A stretch of 64,000 nt of DNA from contig OZ220477.1 of assembly GCA_965116015.1 (NCBI GenBank), positions 2,020,339-2,084,338 of the forward strand, written 5' to 3'. This document shows positions 29,058 to 38,613 of the stretch, piece after piece. How positions within the stretch are numbered: the stretch's first letter is position 1; each line of letters begins with the position of its first letter. Source of the DNA: Dehalococcoidia bacterium. GTDB lineage: Bacteria; Chloroflexota; Dehalococcoidia; Lucifugimonadales; Australimonadaceae. A program made the translations under genes and the position numbers. The notes beneath the pieces are model-generated. The model was given only the letters and a program-made list of their open reading frames with translations. It was not told the DNA's origin and searched no databases.

Positions 29058-30165
29058 CTAAACCTGCGACCCGTCGACGCTCCACAACAGATACGCGCGC
29101 ATCAGCTCGTTCAGCTCCCCGTCGAGCACAAGCTCCGGATTGGTCGACTCGAACCCCGTCCGATGATCCTTCACAAGCTTGTACGGATGCAGCACGTAGC
29201 TCCGTATCTGGTTCCCCCAGCCGGCAGCGACGTGCTCCCCCTTCAACGCAGCGCGCTCCTCCGCGTGCTTTCGCTCCTCGATATCGATTAGCCGCGCGCG
29301 CAGAATCTTCATCGCCGCCTCGCGGTTCTGTAGCTGCGACCTCTCATTCTGGCAAGAGACCACCAGCCCCGACGGAAGATGCCGAATGCGCACCGCCGTC
29401 GAATTCTTCTGCACGTGCTGCCCACCCGCCCCGCTCGCCTTGAACACCTCCATCTCGATGTCGTCAGGATCGATCCGCACCTCAATATCCCCTTCAGCCT
29501 CCGGAAGCGCCTCCACAAGCGCGAACGACGTGTGCCGGGCGTGCGCAGCGTCGAACCGCGAAAGACGAACCAGCCGGTGCACGCCCCGCTCGGCTTTCGC
29601 GTACCCATACGCGTTCGGCCCCGAAATCTCCAGCGTAACGCTCTTCACCCCAGCCTCTTCCCCAACCGACAGATCAAGCGCCGCCGACCGGTATCCCGAA
29701 AGCTCCGCCCACCGCGTATACATCCGCATCAGCATCTCAGTCCAGTCCTGCGCGTCAGTCCCCCCGGCCCCCGCGTGGATTGCGATGATCGCTCCGCGGT
29801 CGTCGTGCTCCCCCGAGAGAATGAGATCAATCTCCCGCCGCTCCGATTCCGCCGCCAGCTGCTCGAACTCAGCGCCCAGCTCCGCGGCAATCTCTGCATC
29901 TTGCGCCTCGATCGCCAGCTCCGTCAGCTCCGCCGCGGAGGCGATTCGCCCTTCAAGCCCCCGCCACCCGTCGATGCTCGACCGCAGACGCGCCAGACGC
30001 TTCATCGTCGCTTGCGCGCTCACAGGGTCGCTCCAGAAATCAGACTCCGCCGCCGCCGCTTCCAGACGGTCGGCCTCTACCGCGCGGCCAGCAACGTCAA
30101 AGACGCGCCATGACATCGGCGACGTGCTCGCCTAAGTCGGCGAGGCGCTGGCGCAGCTCATCCAT
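29058..30165 (-). CDS. prfB: Peptide chain release factor 2 (programmed +1 frameshift)
   Basis: Frame 0 (30165-30100) reads 'MDELRQRLADLGEHVADVMARL' and ends at CTT TGA C. The +1 frame (30098-29058) carries 'SGAGGQHVQK' (GGQ) and the RF2 domains. Confidence 0.9.
30096..30102 (-). promoter_or_regulatory. RF2 autoregulatory +1 frameshift site CTT TGA C
   Basis: Exact canonical heptamer on the minus strand. The downstream frame continues the RF2 protein. Confidence 0.85.
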
Positions 30166-30246
30166 GGCGCATGCTCCTTCGAGCGAATCGAATAGCCAGC
30201 CCGCTTCCCTCCGGACTGCGTCTTGCCAGTATAACCACAACCCCGA

Positions 30247-30340
30247 CTCGCGACCCCGTGCGCGCAATGCCAGCGCCTCTGACTGTCGCTGTAGCGCATC
30301 GTCGACGCTCGCGACCCCGTGCGCGCAATGCCAGCGCCTC
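30247..30340. repeat. Two identical 33-nt direct repeats separated by 28 nt in the prfB / tRNA-Pro divergent intergenic region
   Basis: CTCGCGACCCCGTGCGCGCAATGCCAGCGCCTC at 30247-30279 and 30308-30340. Confidence 0.8.
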
Positions 30341-30373
30341 CGCTCAGGAAGCCGCTACCCGCCACGTGAGGCA

Positions 30374-30403
30374 TTGAACGCCCAGCCCCGGCTGTGCTAC
30401 GCT
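30374..30403 (+). promoter_or_regulatory. Possible promoter for tRNA-Pro
   Basis: TTGAAC (30374-30379), an 18-nt spacer, then TACGCT (30398-30403). The tRNA starts 16 nt downstream. Confidence 0.3.
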
Positions 30404-30418
30404 CATCTCCCCTGCGGT

Positions 30419-30495
30419 CGGGGTGTGGCGCAGCCCGGTAGCGCACCTGCATGGGGTGCAGGGGGTCGTTGGTTCAAATCCAATCACCCCGACCA
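30419..30495 (+). tRNA. tRNA-Pro (anticodon GGG)
   Basis: Cloverleaf read by hand: acceptor CGGGGTG/CACCCCG, anticodon arm CCTGC-ATGGGGT-GCAGG, T-loop TTCAAAT, encoded CCA. Confidence 0.85.
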
Positions 30496-30562
30496 ACTCT
30501 CCCGAACTCGCATCGCGGCGCAGGCGAGCAGACCTCCCTTGCAGCCGCGCGGAGGCCCACCG

Positions 30563-30988
30563 ATGACGACATCCGGCGGCAAACCAGAGTGGGTGCTCGA
30601 CCATCTCCAGCGCTATCGCGACTCCGACGGCGAAGACGGCCATATGTGGCGCGGCTACCCCACGCTCCTCCTCACGACCACCGGCCGCAAGTCCGGAACT
30701 GACATCACAACCCCGCTGATCTACGGAGAACACGAAGGCCGCTACCTCGTCGTCGCCTCGCGCGGCGGCGCCCCCGAGCACCCCCAGTGGTACAAGAACC
30801 TGTCCGTAAACCCCACCGTCGGAGTCCAGATCAAGGCCGACAAATTCCGCGCTGTCGCCCGCGCCGCAGATTACAAAGAGAAGCCGCCCCTGTGGCGCCT
30901 TATGGCTGGCGTCTACCCCCCGTACGATGAGTACCAGAGCCGCACCGAACGCGAAATCCCCGTCGTTATCCTCGAACGCGTCGGCTGA
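30563..30988 (+). CDS. Deazaflavin (F420)-dependent nitroreductase-family oxidoreductase (DUF385/FDOR-A-like)
   Basis: 141 aa with 'LLLTTTGRKSG...PLIY...YLVVASRGGAPEHPQWYKNL'. The track ORF from 30110 runs through the tRNA and is not credible upstream of 30563. Confidence 0.7.
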   Translation: MTTSGGKPEWVLDHLQRYRDSDGEDGHMWRGYPTLLLTTTGRKSGTDITTPLIYGEHEGRYLVVASRGGAPEHPQWYKNLSVNPTVGVQIKADKFRAVARAADYKEKPPLWRLMAGVYPPYDEYQSRTEREIPVVILERVG

Positions 30989-31053
30989 TCCCGATGCGCC
31001 CTGCCCCCGCAGCCCTCTACCCTGCGCGGCCCCCGACCTCAGGAAGACAGGTA

Positions 31054-31851
31054 ATGAGGCCTCGCTTCGTATACGTGATGAGCACACTCCTCCTGGCGGC
31101 AGCCGGTCTGCTGCTGACCGCCTGCGGGAGCGACCCAACGCCAACCCCGACGCCCACGCCTACGCCAACTCCAACTCCAACTCCAACGCCTCCAACAGTT
31201 CTGGCGATTACCAGCGATTACCACCCCTTCAACTTCATCAACGACGCAGGCGAGGTCGATGGCCTCGACCGAGAAGTAGGCGAGGGGTTGTGCCGCCGCG
31301 CCAACATCGAATGCGTGTGGGAGGTCCACGAGTGGGATACGCTCATCCCCAACCTCATAGCAGGGGAATTCGACGCCGTCATCGCCGGTATGAGCATCAC
31401 CTCCAAGCGCGAGGAACTCATCGACTTCACAGAGGCCTACTACCCGCCAGTCCCCTCCGTCTACATCGCCAGAGCTGGTGAAGGCGCCGCCGCCCTCAAC
31501 GGCAGAATCGGAGCCTCAGTCAACACCATCTTCTCCGACTATTTCACCGAAATAGGAGAACCGTTCGTGCCGCTCGACGGCTCTGTGAACGTCATCATTG
31601 CCCTCCTCAACAACGACGTGGATGCCGTCATCGTCGATCACGGCTACGCCGTAGACCAGCTCTCGCACTACGAAGGACAACTGGAGATCGTGGGCGACCC
31701 CGTGCAGATAGACCGCGGCCTCGGCGTCGGCGTGCGCAAGGGCAGTCCACTGGAGGCCAAGCTCGACGAAGCCCTCGCCTCGATGAAAGCCGACGGCTCC
31801 TTGAACGCCCTCCTCCTCAAGTGGATAGGCGCAGACGCAGCCACATTCTGA
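31054..31851 (+). CDS. ABC transporter substrate-binding lipoprotein (amino-acid-binding family 3 type)
   Basis: Lipobox 'LLLTACGS', a TP-rich linker, then 'FDAVIAGMSITSKREE', typical of polar amino-acid binding proteins. Confidence 0.7.
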   Translation: MRPRFVYVMSTLLLAAAGLLLTACGSDPTPTPTPTPTPTPTPTPTPPTVLAITSDYHPFNFINDAGEVDGLDREVGEGLCRRANIECVWEVHEWDTLIPNLIAGEFDAVIAGMSITSKREELIDFTEAYYPPVPSVYIARAGEGAAALNGRIGASVNTIFSDYFTEIGEPFVPLDGSVNVIIALLNNDVDAVIVDHGYAVDQLSHYEGQLEIVGDPVQIDRGLGVGVRKGSPLEAKLDEALASMKADGSLNALLLKWIGADAATF

Positions 31852-31938
31852 TTCCCAGGCCCCTGCTTCTCCCCGTCGTTCCCGCTCCCCTCGGTCCCCC
31901 GCTCAAGCGACTGCCTCCCACAGGAGAGCTCTCCTTGA

Positions 31939-34900
31939 CTAGCCCTCTAGCCCGTCAGAACAGACAGTGCGGACCACCTGCGGCTCGCGCGCCTGTGGAC
32001 GATCGGAATCCTCGGGCGGAGCGAGACGGAAACGCGCGCGCAGCGCCTCCAGCCGTGTGCGGAGCTCTGAACCAGCCAATCCCTGCTCCCGAATCTTGCT
32101 CAACTCCTGCTCCGCCTGCTGCGGCAGATCCCCCGTAAAGATGCGCCGGAGCGCGTCGATGCGCCCCGCATCGACCGCCTCCCCCGCCTCTCGCAGCGCG
32201 GCATTGAGCCGCCCCGACACGTAGCGCCGCGCTCGCGAGTCATGGGATCTCCTCGCCCTCCCCAAGCGACGTTGAAACTCCCGCTTGAACGCCTCGAACG
32301 CAGCCGTCACCCGCTCGTTCGTATCTTCCGGCAGCGGCTCCGCCGGAGCGTCCGGCTCGCACCTCGCCGCCTCCACGAACTGCGCCGGAGTGATAGCCCG
32401 CGGCTGAAGATCAGACCCAACTGCGTAGCAACCGTTCACCCCTCGCGATCCTCCCGCGCCCAGCAGAACGATAGTCTCCGAAGGCTTGGGAGCCTCGAAC
32501 GGCGACGGCGCCATCGTCGCCGGCGACATCAGCGGCGCCTGCTCCCCGTCGACCGTCGCCCCGTTCCGCGCGTAGTTGTCGTCGCCGAACTCCGACCGCT
32601 CCGGACGCGCCCTGAGCGCCGACCGTATCCCGTCGGGAAGCTCCGTGATCGTTCGCCAAAGCTCAGGATCGCCCTCCTTGATTCGCTGCAACTCCGCCGT
32701 CGCATGCTGATGCGCTGTCACCTCGCCCAGCCCATCCTCCGCATCCGGCATCTCCTTCCTGTCGTAGATGCAATAGAGCGCATCGTCGTTAAGATGCTCC
32801 CCCTCAGACAGCAGCTGGTTATCCAGCCCTATGGCGTCGTGAAACGACTGAATGCGGCGCCCTACCCGCTCCGTCAAGGATAGACCCGCATCCACCTCCA
32901 CATCCGGCCACATATTGTGCAACCGGATGACAGAATGCCGCGTTCCGATGCGGTCCACCCGCCCGAAACGCTGGATGAGACGCACCGGATTCCAGTGCAG
33001 ATCGTAATTCAGCGCCCGGGCGCAGTCCTGCAAGTTCTGACCCTCCGAAACAATGTCCGTGGCCAGCAGAATTCTGATCTCCGGCCCCGGACGCTTCTCA
33101 TTTCGCGACAGGTTCGACCCCGGAGAGAACCGCTTGACCACGCTCTCCGCCTGATGTCGCACGCTCCCCGTCAGCATCGCGATTCCCGGATCGCCCTCCC
33201 CTGGATTCAGCTCCCGATACAGATACGAAATCGTCGTCTCCGCCTCCGAGAAGATCAGAATCTTCTCGCCCTTCACCTCCTCCCGCTCCAGGAAATCCCG
33301 CAGCGCCCGCAGCTTGTCGTCGTCCTCCGCCGTGATGCCGCTCACCCGCGACAGAACGCCGCTCAGAACCCCGTGATCCGCATCGAGGTCGTCCATCCAC
33401 CTGACAACATCGAAGTCGGCGACATCATGAACCAGCTTGGCGCTCGCATTCCCCTGCCCTCGCCGCCGCTCCTCTTCCTGCGACAGCATCTCCAGGAGAT
33501 CCCCCGCCTCGAAAGCCTGACCCGCCAGCATCCGCGCCGCCGTATCGCCGATAGGAACGTACCCGCCCCCCAGCGCCGACCGGAAGTTCCGATTGCTCTG
33601 ACTCAACGCCCTCAGCGTGGAGCGGAACGCCTCGATGCTCGACTCCAACCGCTTGAGTAACAGCACGTTCATCAGCGCGGCGATGCGGTGCGCCGCCCTG
33701 AACAAATCCCGGTACTCGTCCTTGCCCCTCGCTTCCGCCCTCACGTAATCAGTAGCCCGGTACCGCGCCCCCTTGTGCTGGCGCAGTCCTCCCACTAGCT
33801 CCTCCAGAGAGCCCGCCTTCGCGTAGACCCTATCGAGACGATACGCAACATTGTCCAGAACCGGCTCCGGAAAAACGACCGGCTCCCCCGCCACCATTGC
33901 CGTATCACCGTACAGCCGCTCGATATCCTTGCGCCTCCGCCGTATGAACACAGGAGCCAGCGCCTGCGCGATATCCGCCTTCGGAACCGATGGCGCGGCC
34001 GGCGGCAGCGGAGGCGCCGTCGCCGCCTTGCTCGCTTCCCACGCCCTGAACTCCCGCTCGTACTCCTCGAACTCAGCCCGATGTTGCTGCCACCTCTGAG
34101 CGTTGTTGAAATACGCGCTCAGGCTCGCCGGCTCGATATTCAGCCCGTGCTCCATGTCGTCGAGAAAGAGCGTCAGCTGCCGGTAAATGTCCATCGGCCC
34201 CAGATTCTGCGGCGTCGCGCTGAGCAAGATTACCTTGTGGTCGCCAGACTCTAGGTAGCTGCGCAACCCGATGGACCGCCGATTCACGTTGCGGAAGTTA
34301 TGAGCCTCGTCCACCAGCACCGCCCCCCTGTTGGGATACGCCTGCCCCAGAACGATTCCCTGCCCCGCCCTCTCAGACTCCACATACCGCCCCAACTCCT
34401 CGTCGAACTCAGCGTCCGGAGGCGGCGCGACGACGCTGTGCGAAACAACCGCCGCTCCCAGCGCGAACCGCTCGTTGAACGACTCCCACATCGACTTCAG
34501 CCCCGCCGGACACAGAATCAGCGGCGGCCCGTCGTTCGGATAGCTCGCCCGCAGCTGCCGCAGCAGCTCCGCCCCCACATACGTCTTCCCCAGCCCAACC
34601 ACATCGCCGATATAAGCTCCCCCGTGCTCCTCAATCATCCGCAGCCCCTGACGCACCGCATCCATCTGAAAATTCGCCAGCTCCTCCGTGCGCTGAGGCC
34701 GAAGCTCGACATCCGGAACATCTGCGTAGTACAGCTCGTACAGCCCCTTCAGATAAACGTGATACGGAGGCGTAGCCGCCAGCGGCCACGACCGCGCCAG
34801 CGCCGCCTCGAGCGCCTCGCTGATGTCCTGCGAATCCTTCCACAGCGTCTCGAACCACTCGCGCAGAGCCTCCATCTCCGCATCCCCAGTCACGCGAACA

Positions 34901-35439
34901 TTCAGCTCCGTATTCCCCGAGAACCCCGCAAGCGTCATATTCGACGACCCCACCACCGCCGCTCCCGGCTCCGCATGATTCTCGTACCAGCACAGGTACG
35001 CCTTCGCGTGCAGCGGACTCCGAAGATACGCCCTAACCTCCGCCTTCCCCGACGCAATCATATCGCGCAGCGAGCGCACCGCCCGCTCCGAATCAGCATC
35101 CTGTGGAAGAGACGCCACCCCGGCCGCGACGTGCTCCACCGACTCCCGAGCCGCGCTCTCCCGCTCCCGACGCTGCACGATGCTGTCCGCCTCCAGTTGC
35201 GCCCGCAGCGCCTCGGCCTGCTGCGCCCCGAGCGCCGCCTCCTCCAGCGTCGGACGATCCGACCGCCCCACAAGAATGCGAACCTTCTCCAGCCGCTCGA
35301 AACTACCCGCCACCTTTTGGAACCCCGACATAAACAGATAGCCCACCGCGATATCCGCCCGCGCCGAACTCCCAAGCATCTCCTGCAGCCGCGTCAGCAG
35401 ATTAGGCTCAGTCGTCGCATGCAGAATGTTCATAGCCAT
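31939..35439 (-). CDS. PLD-family nuclease domain fused to an SNF2-family helicase, with a long uncharacterised C-terminal region
   Basis: Single HKD-type motif 'LHAKAYL...VGSSNMT' at the N-terminus. SNF2 motifs 'GLGKT', 'VLVDEAHNFRN', 'LLSATPQN', 'SEGQNLQD...WNPVRLIQRFGRVDRIG'. Confidence 0.8.
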   Translation of the reverse strand: MAMNILHATTEPNLLTRLQEMLGSSARADIAVGYLFMSGFQKVAGSFERLEKVRILVGRSDRPTLEEAALGAQQAEALRAQLEADSIVQRRERESAARESVEHVAAGVASLPQDADSERAVRSLRDMIASGKAEVRAYLRSPLHAKAYLCWYENHAEPGAAVVGSSNMTLAGFSGNTELNVRVTGDAEMEALREWFETLWKDSQDISEALEAALARSWPLAATPPYHVYLKGLYELYYADVPDVELRPQRTEELANFQMDAVRQGLRMIEEHGGAYIGDVVGLGKTYVGAELLRQLRASYPNDGPPLILCPAGLKSMWESFNERFALGAAVVSHSVVAPPPDAEFDEELGRYVESERAGQGIVLGQAYPNRGAVLVDEAHNFRNVNRRSIGLRSYLESGDHKVILLSATPQNLGPMDIYRQLTLFLDDMEHGLNIEPASLSAYFNNAQRWQQHRAEFEEYEREFRAWEASKAATAPPLPPAAPSVPKADIAQALAPVFIRRRRKDIERLYGDTAMVAGEPVVFPEPVLDNVAYRLDRVYAKAGSLEELVGGLRQHKGARYRATDYVRAEARGKDEYRDLFRAAHRIAALMNVLLLKRLESSIEAFRSTLRALSQSNRNFRSALGGGYVPIGDTAARMLAGQAFEAGDLLEMLSQEEERRRGQGNASAKLVHDVADFDVVRWMDDLDADHGVLSGVLSRVSGITAEDDDKLRALRDFLEREEVKGEKILIFSEAETTISYLYRELNPGEGDPGIAMLTGSVRHQAESVVKRFSPGSNLSRNEKRPGPEIRILLATDIVSEGQNLQDCARALNYDLHWNPVRLIQRFGRVDRIGTRHSVIRLHNMWPDVEVDAGLSLTERVGRRIQSFHDAIGLDNQLLSEGEHLNDDALYCIYDRKEMPDAEDGLGEVTAHQHATAELQRIKEGDPELWRTITELPDGIRSALRARPERSEFGDDNYARNGATVDGEQAPLMSPATMAPSPFEAPKPSETIVLLGAGGSRGVNGCYAVGSDLQPRAITPAQFVEAARCEPDAPAEPLPEDTNERVTAAFEAFKREFQRRLGRARRSHDSRARRYVSGRLNAALREAGEAVDAGRIDALRRIFTGDLPQQAEQELSKIREQGLAGSELRTRLEALRARFRLAPPEDSDRPQAREPQVVRTVCSDGLEG

Positions 35440-35451
35440 TCTCCAGTGCCA

Positions 35452-36276
35452 TCACACACTCCGCGCCCGGCGCAGACGATCCCCCACCAGCTTCGCGACC
35501 CCCTCGTACACCGCATCGCGCTCCCCCGACGTCAACCCCAGCGCGTCGAACACCGCGTCGTCCACCTCACGCCGCGCAGCCGACGGCGCAAGCACATCCC
35601 ACTCCGTGCTCTCGAACACTCCCGCGTCTACCTCCGGCAATAGCTCAGGGTTGACTATGGAAAGATTCCTTGTCTCGTAAGTTTGAATCTCTAGCACTCC
35701 TTCTCCGAAATTCGATCTGCTTTCGATATTCACCATCAGTTGGAACAGTGTTGAGTTGATGGCTTGGCATAGCTGTATTGAAGAAACACTGTCGGTTGCA
35801 GACATCACCTGGAAATTGTCAGTGAACAGAGCCCCCGATACTGCCAAGAAAGCCCGCGCGACCGTATTCACGAATTTGTTCATTCCCAGATGAACATTGT
35901 CCCGTTTTCCCAAATCGTACCATCGATGTCGAGACATGATTCCCTTCGTGAGATTAAATCCTTTCCGTTCGCCCCATTCGATGTATTTCAGCGCACCGGA
36001 GCCCCTCAGATTGCCTTTTGCCATATGGCACATGAACAGACGCTTCGGCAACGCCGCCGGATTCACGACAATGTTGCGCGATTCCCGAGGCGTGCTCATA
36101 ACAGGACGGCAGTACTCCGGCTCGATGCCGAACTCAGCAATGCGCTCCGATGTCAAACAGAAGAAAGCATTAGCCCCGGTCAAGACACCGAGCCGCACAG
36201 TCGCCACATCGCCTAGCCTCGCGAGCCTGTCACCGTACTTCGCCCGGATATGATGATAGATATCCGGCGCGCGCAA
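35452..36276 (-). CDS. C-terminal specificity (TaqI_C/TRD-like) part of the methyltransferase, in frame with 36421-38613
   Basis: 'LGDVATVRLGVLTGANAFF' and 'LCQAINSTLFQLM'. The frame is open and continuous up to the TAA at 36421-36423. TTG at 36276 is preceded by GGGGAGGA. Confidence 0.65.
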   Translation of the reverse strand: MRAPDIYHHIRAKYGDRLARLGDVATVRLGVLTGANAFFCLTSERIAEFGIEPEYCRPVMSTPRESRNIVVNPAALPKRLFMCHMAKGNLRGSGALKYIEWGERKGFNLTKGIMSRHRWYDLGKRDNVHLGMNKFVNTVARAFLAVSGALFTDNFQVMSATDSVSSIQLCQAINSTLFQLMVNIESRSNFGEGVLEIQTYETRNLSIVNPELLPEVDAGVFESTEWDVLAPSAARREVDDAVFDALGLTSGERDAVYEGVAKLVGDRLRRARSV

Positions 36277-36393
36277 GTACTTTCCTCCCCACTTATCGCC
36301 GACATACTTGCCGTCGCTCGTTCCCGCGGCAATCAGCTCATCGCGGCTCTTGCGTATCTCGCGCCGTTGAGTTGGGTCAGAAACCGCAATCGC

Positions 36394-36445
36394 GAATTGG
36401 GCGCGTAGCGACGAGTCTCTTTACTCGTCGCTACGCGCCCAATTC
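36394..36445 (-). other. Perfect 23-bp-stem hairpin spanning the methyltransferase stop codon
   Basis: Arm 36394-36416 pairs perfectly with 36423-36445. The loop is 36417-36422. The TAA (36421-36423) sits at the loop/stem junction. Confidence 0.85.
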
Positions 36446-38613
36446 CTGCTGACAACACTGATTATCGTATTGATATCCGCGGTAGCGAACTGCCGCTCCA
36501 CCGCGCTCTCGTAGATTGCTTGCACATGCGCGTTCGTCAGCAAATACTCCTGCAATTTCGCTCCGTAACTCACATCCAGCCAGCTGTTGGAGCACACGAA
36601 TACGTGCATACCGCCCTTGCGCAGCAGCTGCAATCCCCGCGCATAGAAATAGCAGTACAGGTCGGAGCGCGCGACAACAGCATCCCCGTACTGCTTGACT
36701 AGCGCTGCCTTATCAAGCTTGGCCAGACCGGCCTTCTCCGAGCCGATAAGCTCCTGCCGAACATACGGCGGATTAGCGATTGCCACGTCGAACCCCCCGC
36801 GTCCAGCGAACACCTCGGCGAACTCCACCCTCCAGTCCACCACCCCGCACTTACGCTCCAACGCTCCCATAGCCGCGCGCAACTCGCCCTTCAGCGACTC
36901 AATCTCACCGCGCAGCCACTGCTTGCGTCCGCCATCGGATTCGCGCAAGTACTCCCCCTTCAGCTCCCCCAGCCGCCGGACGCGCTCCACATCCTGCCCC
37001 AGCGTGCCCTGAACCTCCACTCCCGCGCTCGGATCCGGCCCGCCCAAGCTGTCCCCCTGCACAATCTTGAGATCAAGGTTGGGCAACGGCTCCGGCGCAT
37101 CCCCGTCATGCTCAATCGCCAGCGACAACCACAACCGCAGCATAGCAATGTTGACCGCAAACTCGTCGATATCCACGCCGTAGAGATTGCGCTGGATAAT
37201 TTCCAGCTTCAGTTCGTACAGGCTCTTGGCGTCCACGCCGGCGTTGTAGAGCGCCGACTGCAACTCGATAAGCTCCTGCATCATCCCCAGCAGATACGCG
37301 CCGGAGCCGCATGCCGGATCCGCCACAGTTACTTGCGCCAGCGCGTCCGCAATCCTCCGCGCCTGCGCCATCCCCAGCCCATCAGTGTCGTGAGCGTTCA
37401 CGAACCGCTCAACCGCGTCGTCGTCGAGCTCAGGAACCTGTCCCTTCAGGTAGCCCTTGAGCGCCTCCCCGCACATAAACGACACCACCTGCCGCGGCGT
37501 GTAGTACGCCCCCGACGAATGTCGCCCCGTAACCAGCTCCTCGAACACCTTCCCCAGCATCTCCGGGTCAACCGCAACCTCAATATCGAATGGCGTAGAC
37601 TCCATAACCGTGAAGTTGAAGCGATCGAAGAGCTCGCTCAGAACGCGCTCGATAATCGCGTCCGGCACAACGACGCCGTCGACCTTGTCCGGATCAGTCC
37701 TCTCGAACAGTCCGCCATTGAGAAAAGGAACATGCCCAATGAGGGGATCCAATCCCCTAGTCAAGTTCCTCGAATCCGGATTGTTAAGTCCATTGAAGAA
37801 CAGCGGCTGAAGCCTCGACTTGTAGAAATTGCTATCCCCCGACGCTTGGTGTGCATTCCACAGAGCGTTGAGATAGTCGTAGTCCCTCCGCCTCTCCTTG
37901 CCCTCGCCCTCCTCAAGGTGGAGCCAGCCCTTGCGCTGCAAGAAATACACGAACATCAAACGGTTGAAGAGAGTGAGAACGAACATCCGCCGGTCGTTGT
38001 CGTCGTTTGGGAACCCTGAAATACTAGCCTCCGCCGCAGCGAATATCCTCTTGTACGCCTCGAAGAATTCCCGCGTAACCGGCTCCACATCGAAAGCCTG
38101 CCGCAAAGCAATGCGGATGTTCCCGCTATCACTGTAACGCCAGTAGATTTTGGACACCTGCTGAACAGCAGTGCGTCGCGCCAGATCGCGTTCCACAGTC
38201 ATCCGCCTCAGCGTGGGCCTCGCGCCCTCGAAGCTCGGCAACACAAGCTGCAAACGCTCCCCCCGCTCATCCACGACCGCCAGCAGCAAGTCGTCCCCTA
38301 AATCCTTGGCGAGCGCCCGCGCGGCGGCGACTACCGCATCCTTGCGAACGCGCCCCGATTTCGACGCCGGCAAGCGGACAAGCGCAACCTGAACGCCGTC
38401 CAGCTCCGCTATGCGCTCTGCCGCGTCGGGGAGCCGCATCCCGGCGGCGGCTCCTGCCAGGCTCACCTCCCCGTTAGCGGCGTGGAAGTCCAGCGCCTCC
38501 ACGAACAACCTGCGCACAGCAGTGCCAAGACTCTCCCGCGACGCCGAAGAGGCGGCGGCAAAGATCTCCTCGATATGCCTCTCCACATCTCGCGCGTCAT
38601 CCAGTCTTTGCAT
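36421..38613 (-). CDS. N6-adenine DNA methyltransferase, MmeI/PglX (Eco57I)-like, truncated by an in-frame stop
   Basis: 'FVYFLQRKGW', 'VPFLNGGLFE', motif I 'ADPACGSGAYLL', motif IV 'IANPPYV'. Confidence 0.8.
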   Translation of the reverse strand: MQRLDDARDVERHIEEIFAAASSASRESLGTAVRRLFVEALDFHAANGEVSLAGAAAGMRLPDAAERIAELDGVQVALVRLPASKSGRVRKDAVVAAARALAKDLGDDLLLAVVDERGERLQLVLPSFEGARPTLRRMTVERDLARRTAVQQVSKIYWRYSDSGNIRIALRQAFDVEPVTREFFEAYKRIFAAAEASISGFPNDDNDRRMFVLTLFNRLMFVYFLQRKGWLHLEEGEGKERRRDYDYLNALWNAHQASGDSNFYKSRLQPLFFNGLNNPDSRNLTRGLDPLIGHVPFLNGGLFERTDPDKVDGVVVPDAIIERVLSELFDRFNFTVMESTPFDIEVAVDPEMLGKVFEELVTGRHSSGAYYTPRQVVSFMCGEALKGYLKGQVPELDDDAVERFVNAHDTDGLGMAQARRIADALAQVTVADPACGSGAYLLGMMQELIELQSALYNAGVDAKSLYELKLEIIQRNLYGVDIDEFAVNIAMLRLWLSLAIEHDGDAPEPLPNLDLKIVQGDSLGGPDPSAGVEVQGTLGQDVERVRRLGELKGEYLRESDGGRKQWLRGEIESLKGELRAAMGALERKCGVVDWRVEFAEVFAGRGGFDVAIANPPYVRQELIGSEKAGLAKLDKAALVKQYGDAVVARSDLYCYFYARGLQLLRKGGMHVFVCSNSWLDVSYGAKLQEYLLTNAHVQAIYESAVERQFATADINTIISVVSRNWARSDE

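Noticed and set aside
30110-30562. N-terminal 150 codons of the 292-aa ORF 30110-30988
   Set aside because: This part runs across the prfB start, the 33-nt repeats and the whole tRNA-Pro gene. Only the part from the ATG at 30563 matches a known family.
31922-31935. 14-nt perfect palindrome AGGAGAGCTCTCCT as a terminator between convergent genes
   Set aside because: It would form a 7-bp stem with no loop, and there is no T-tract. That is too weak to annotate.
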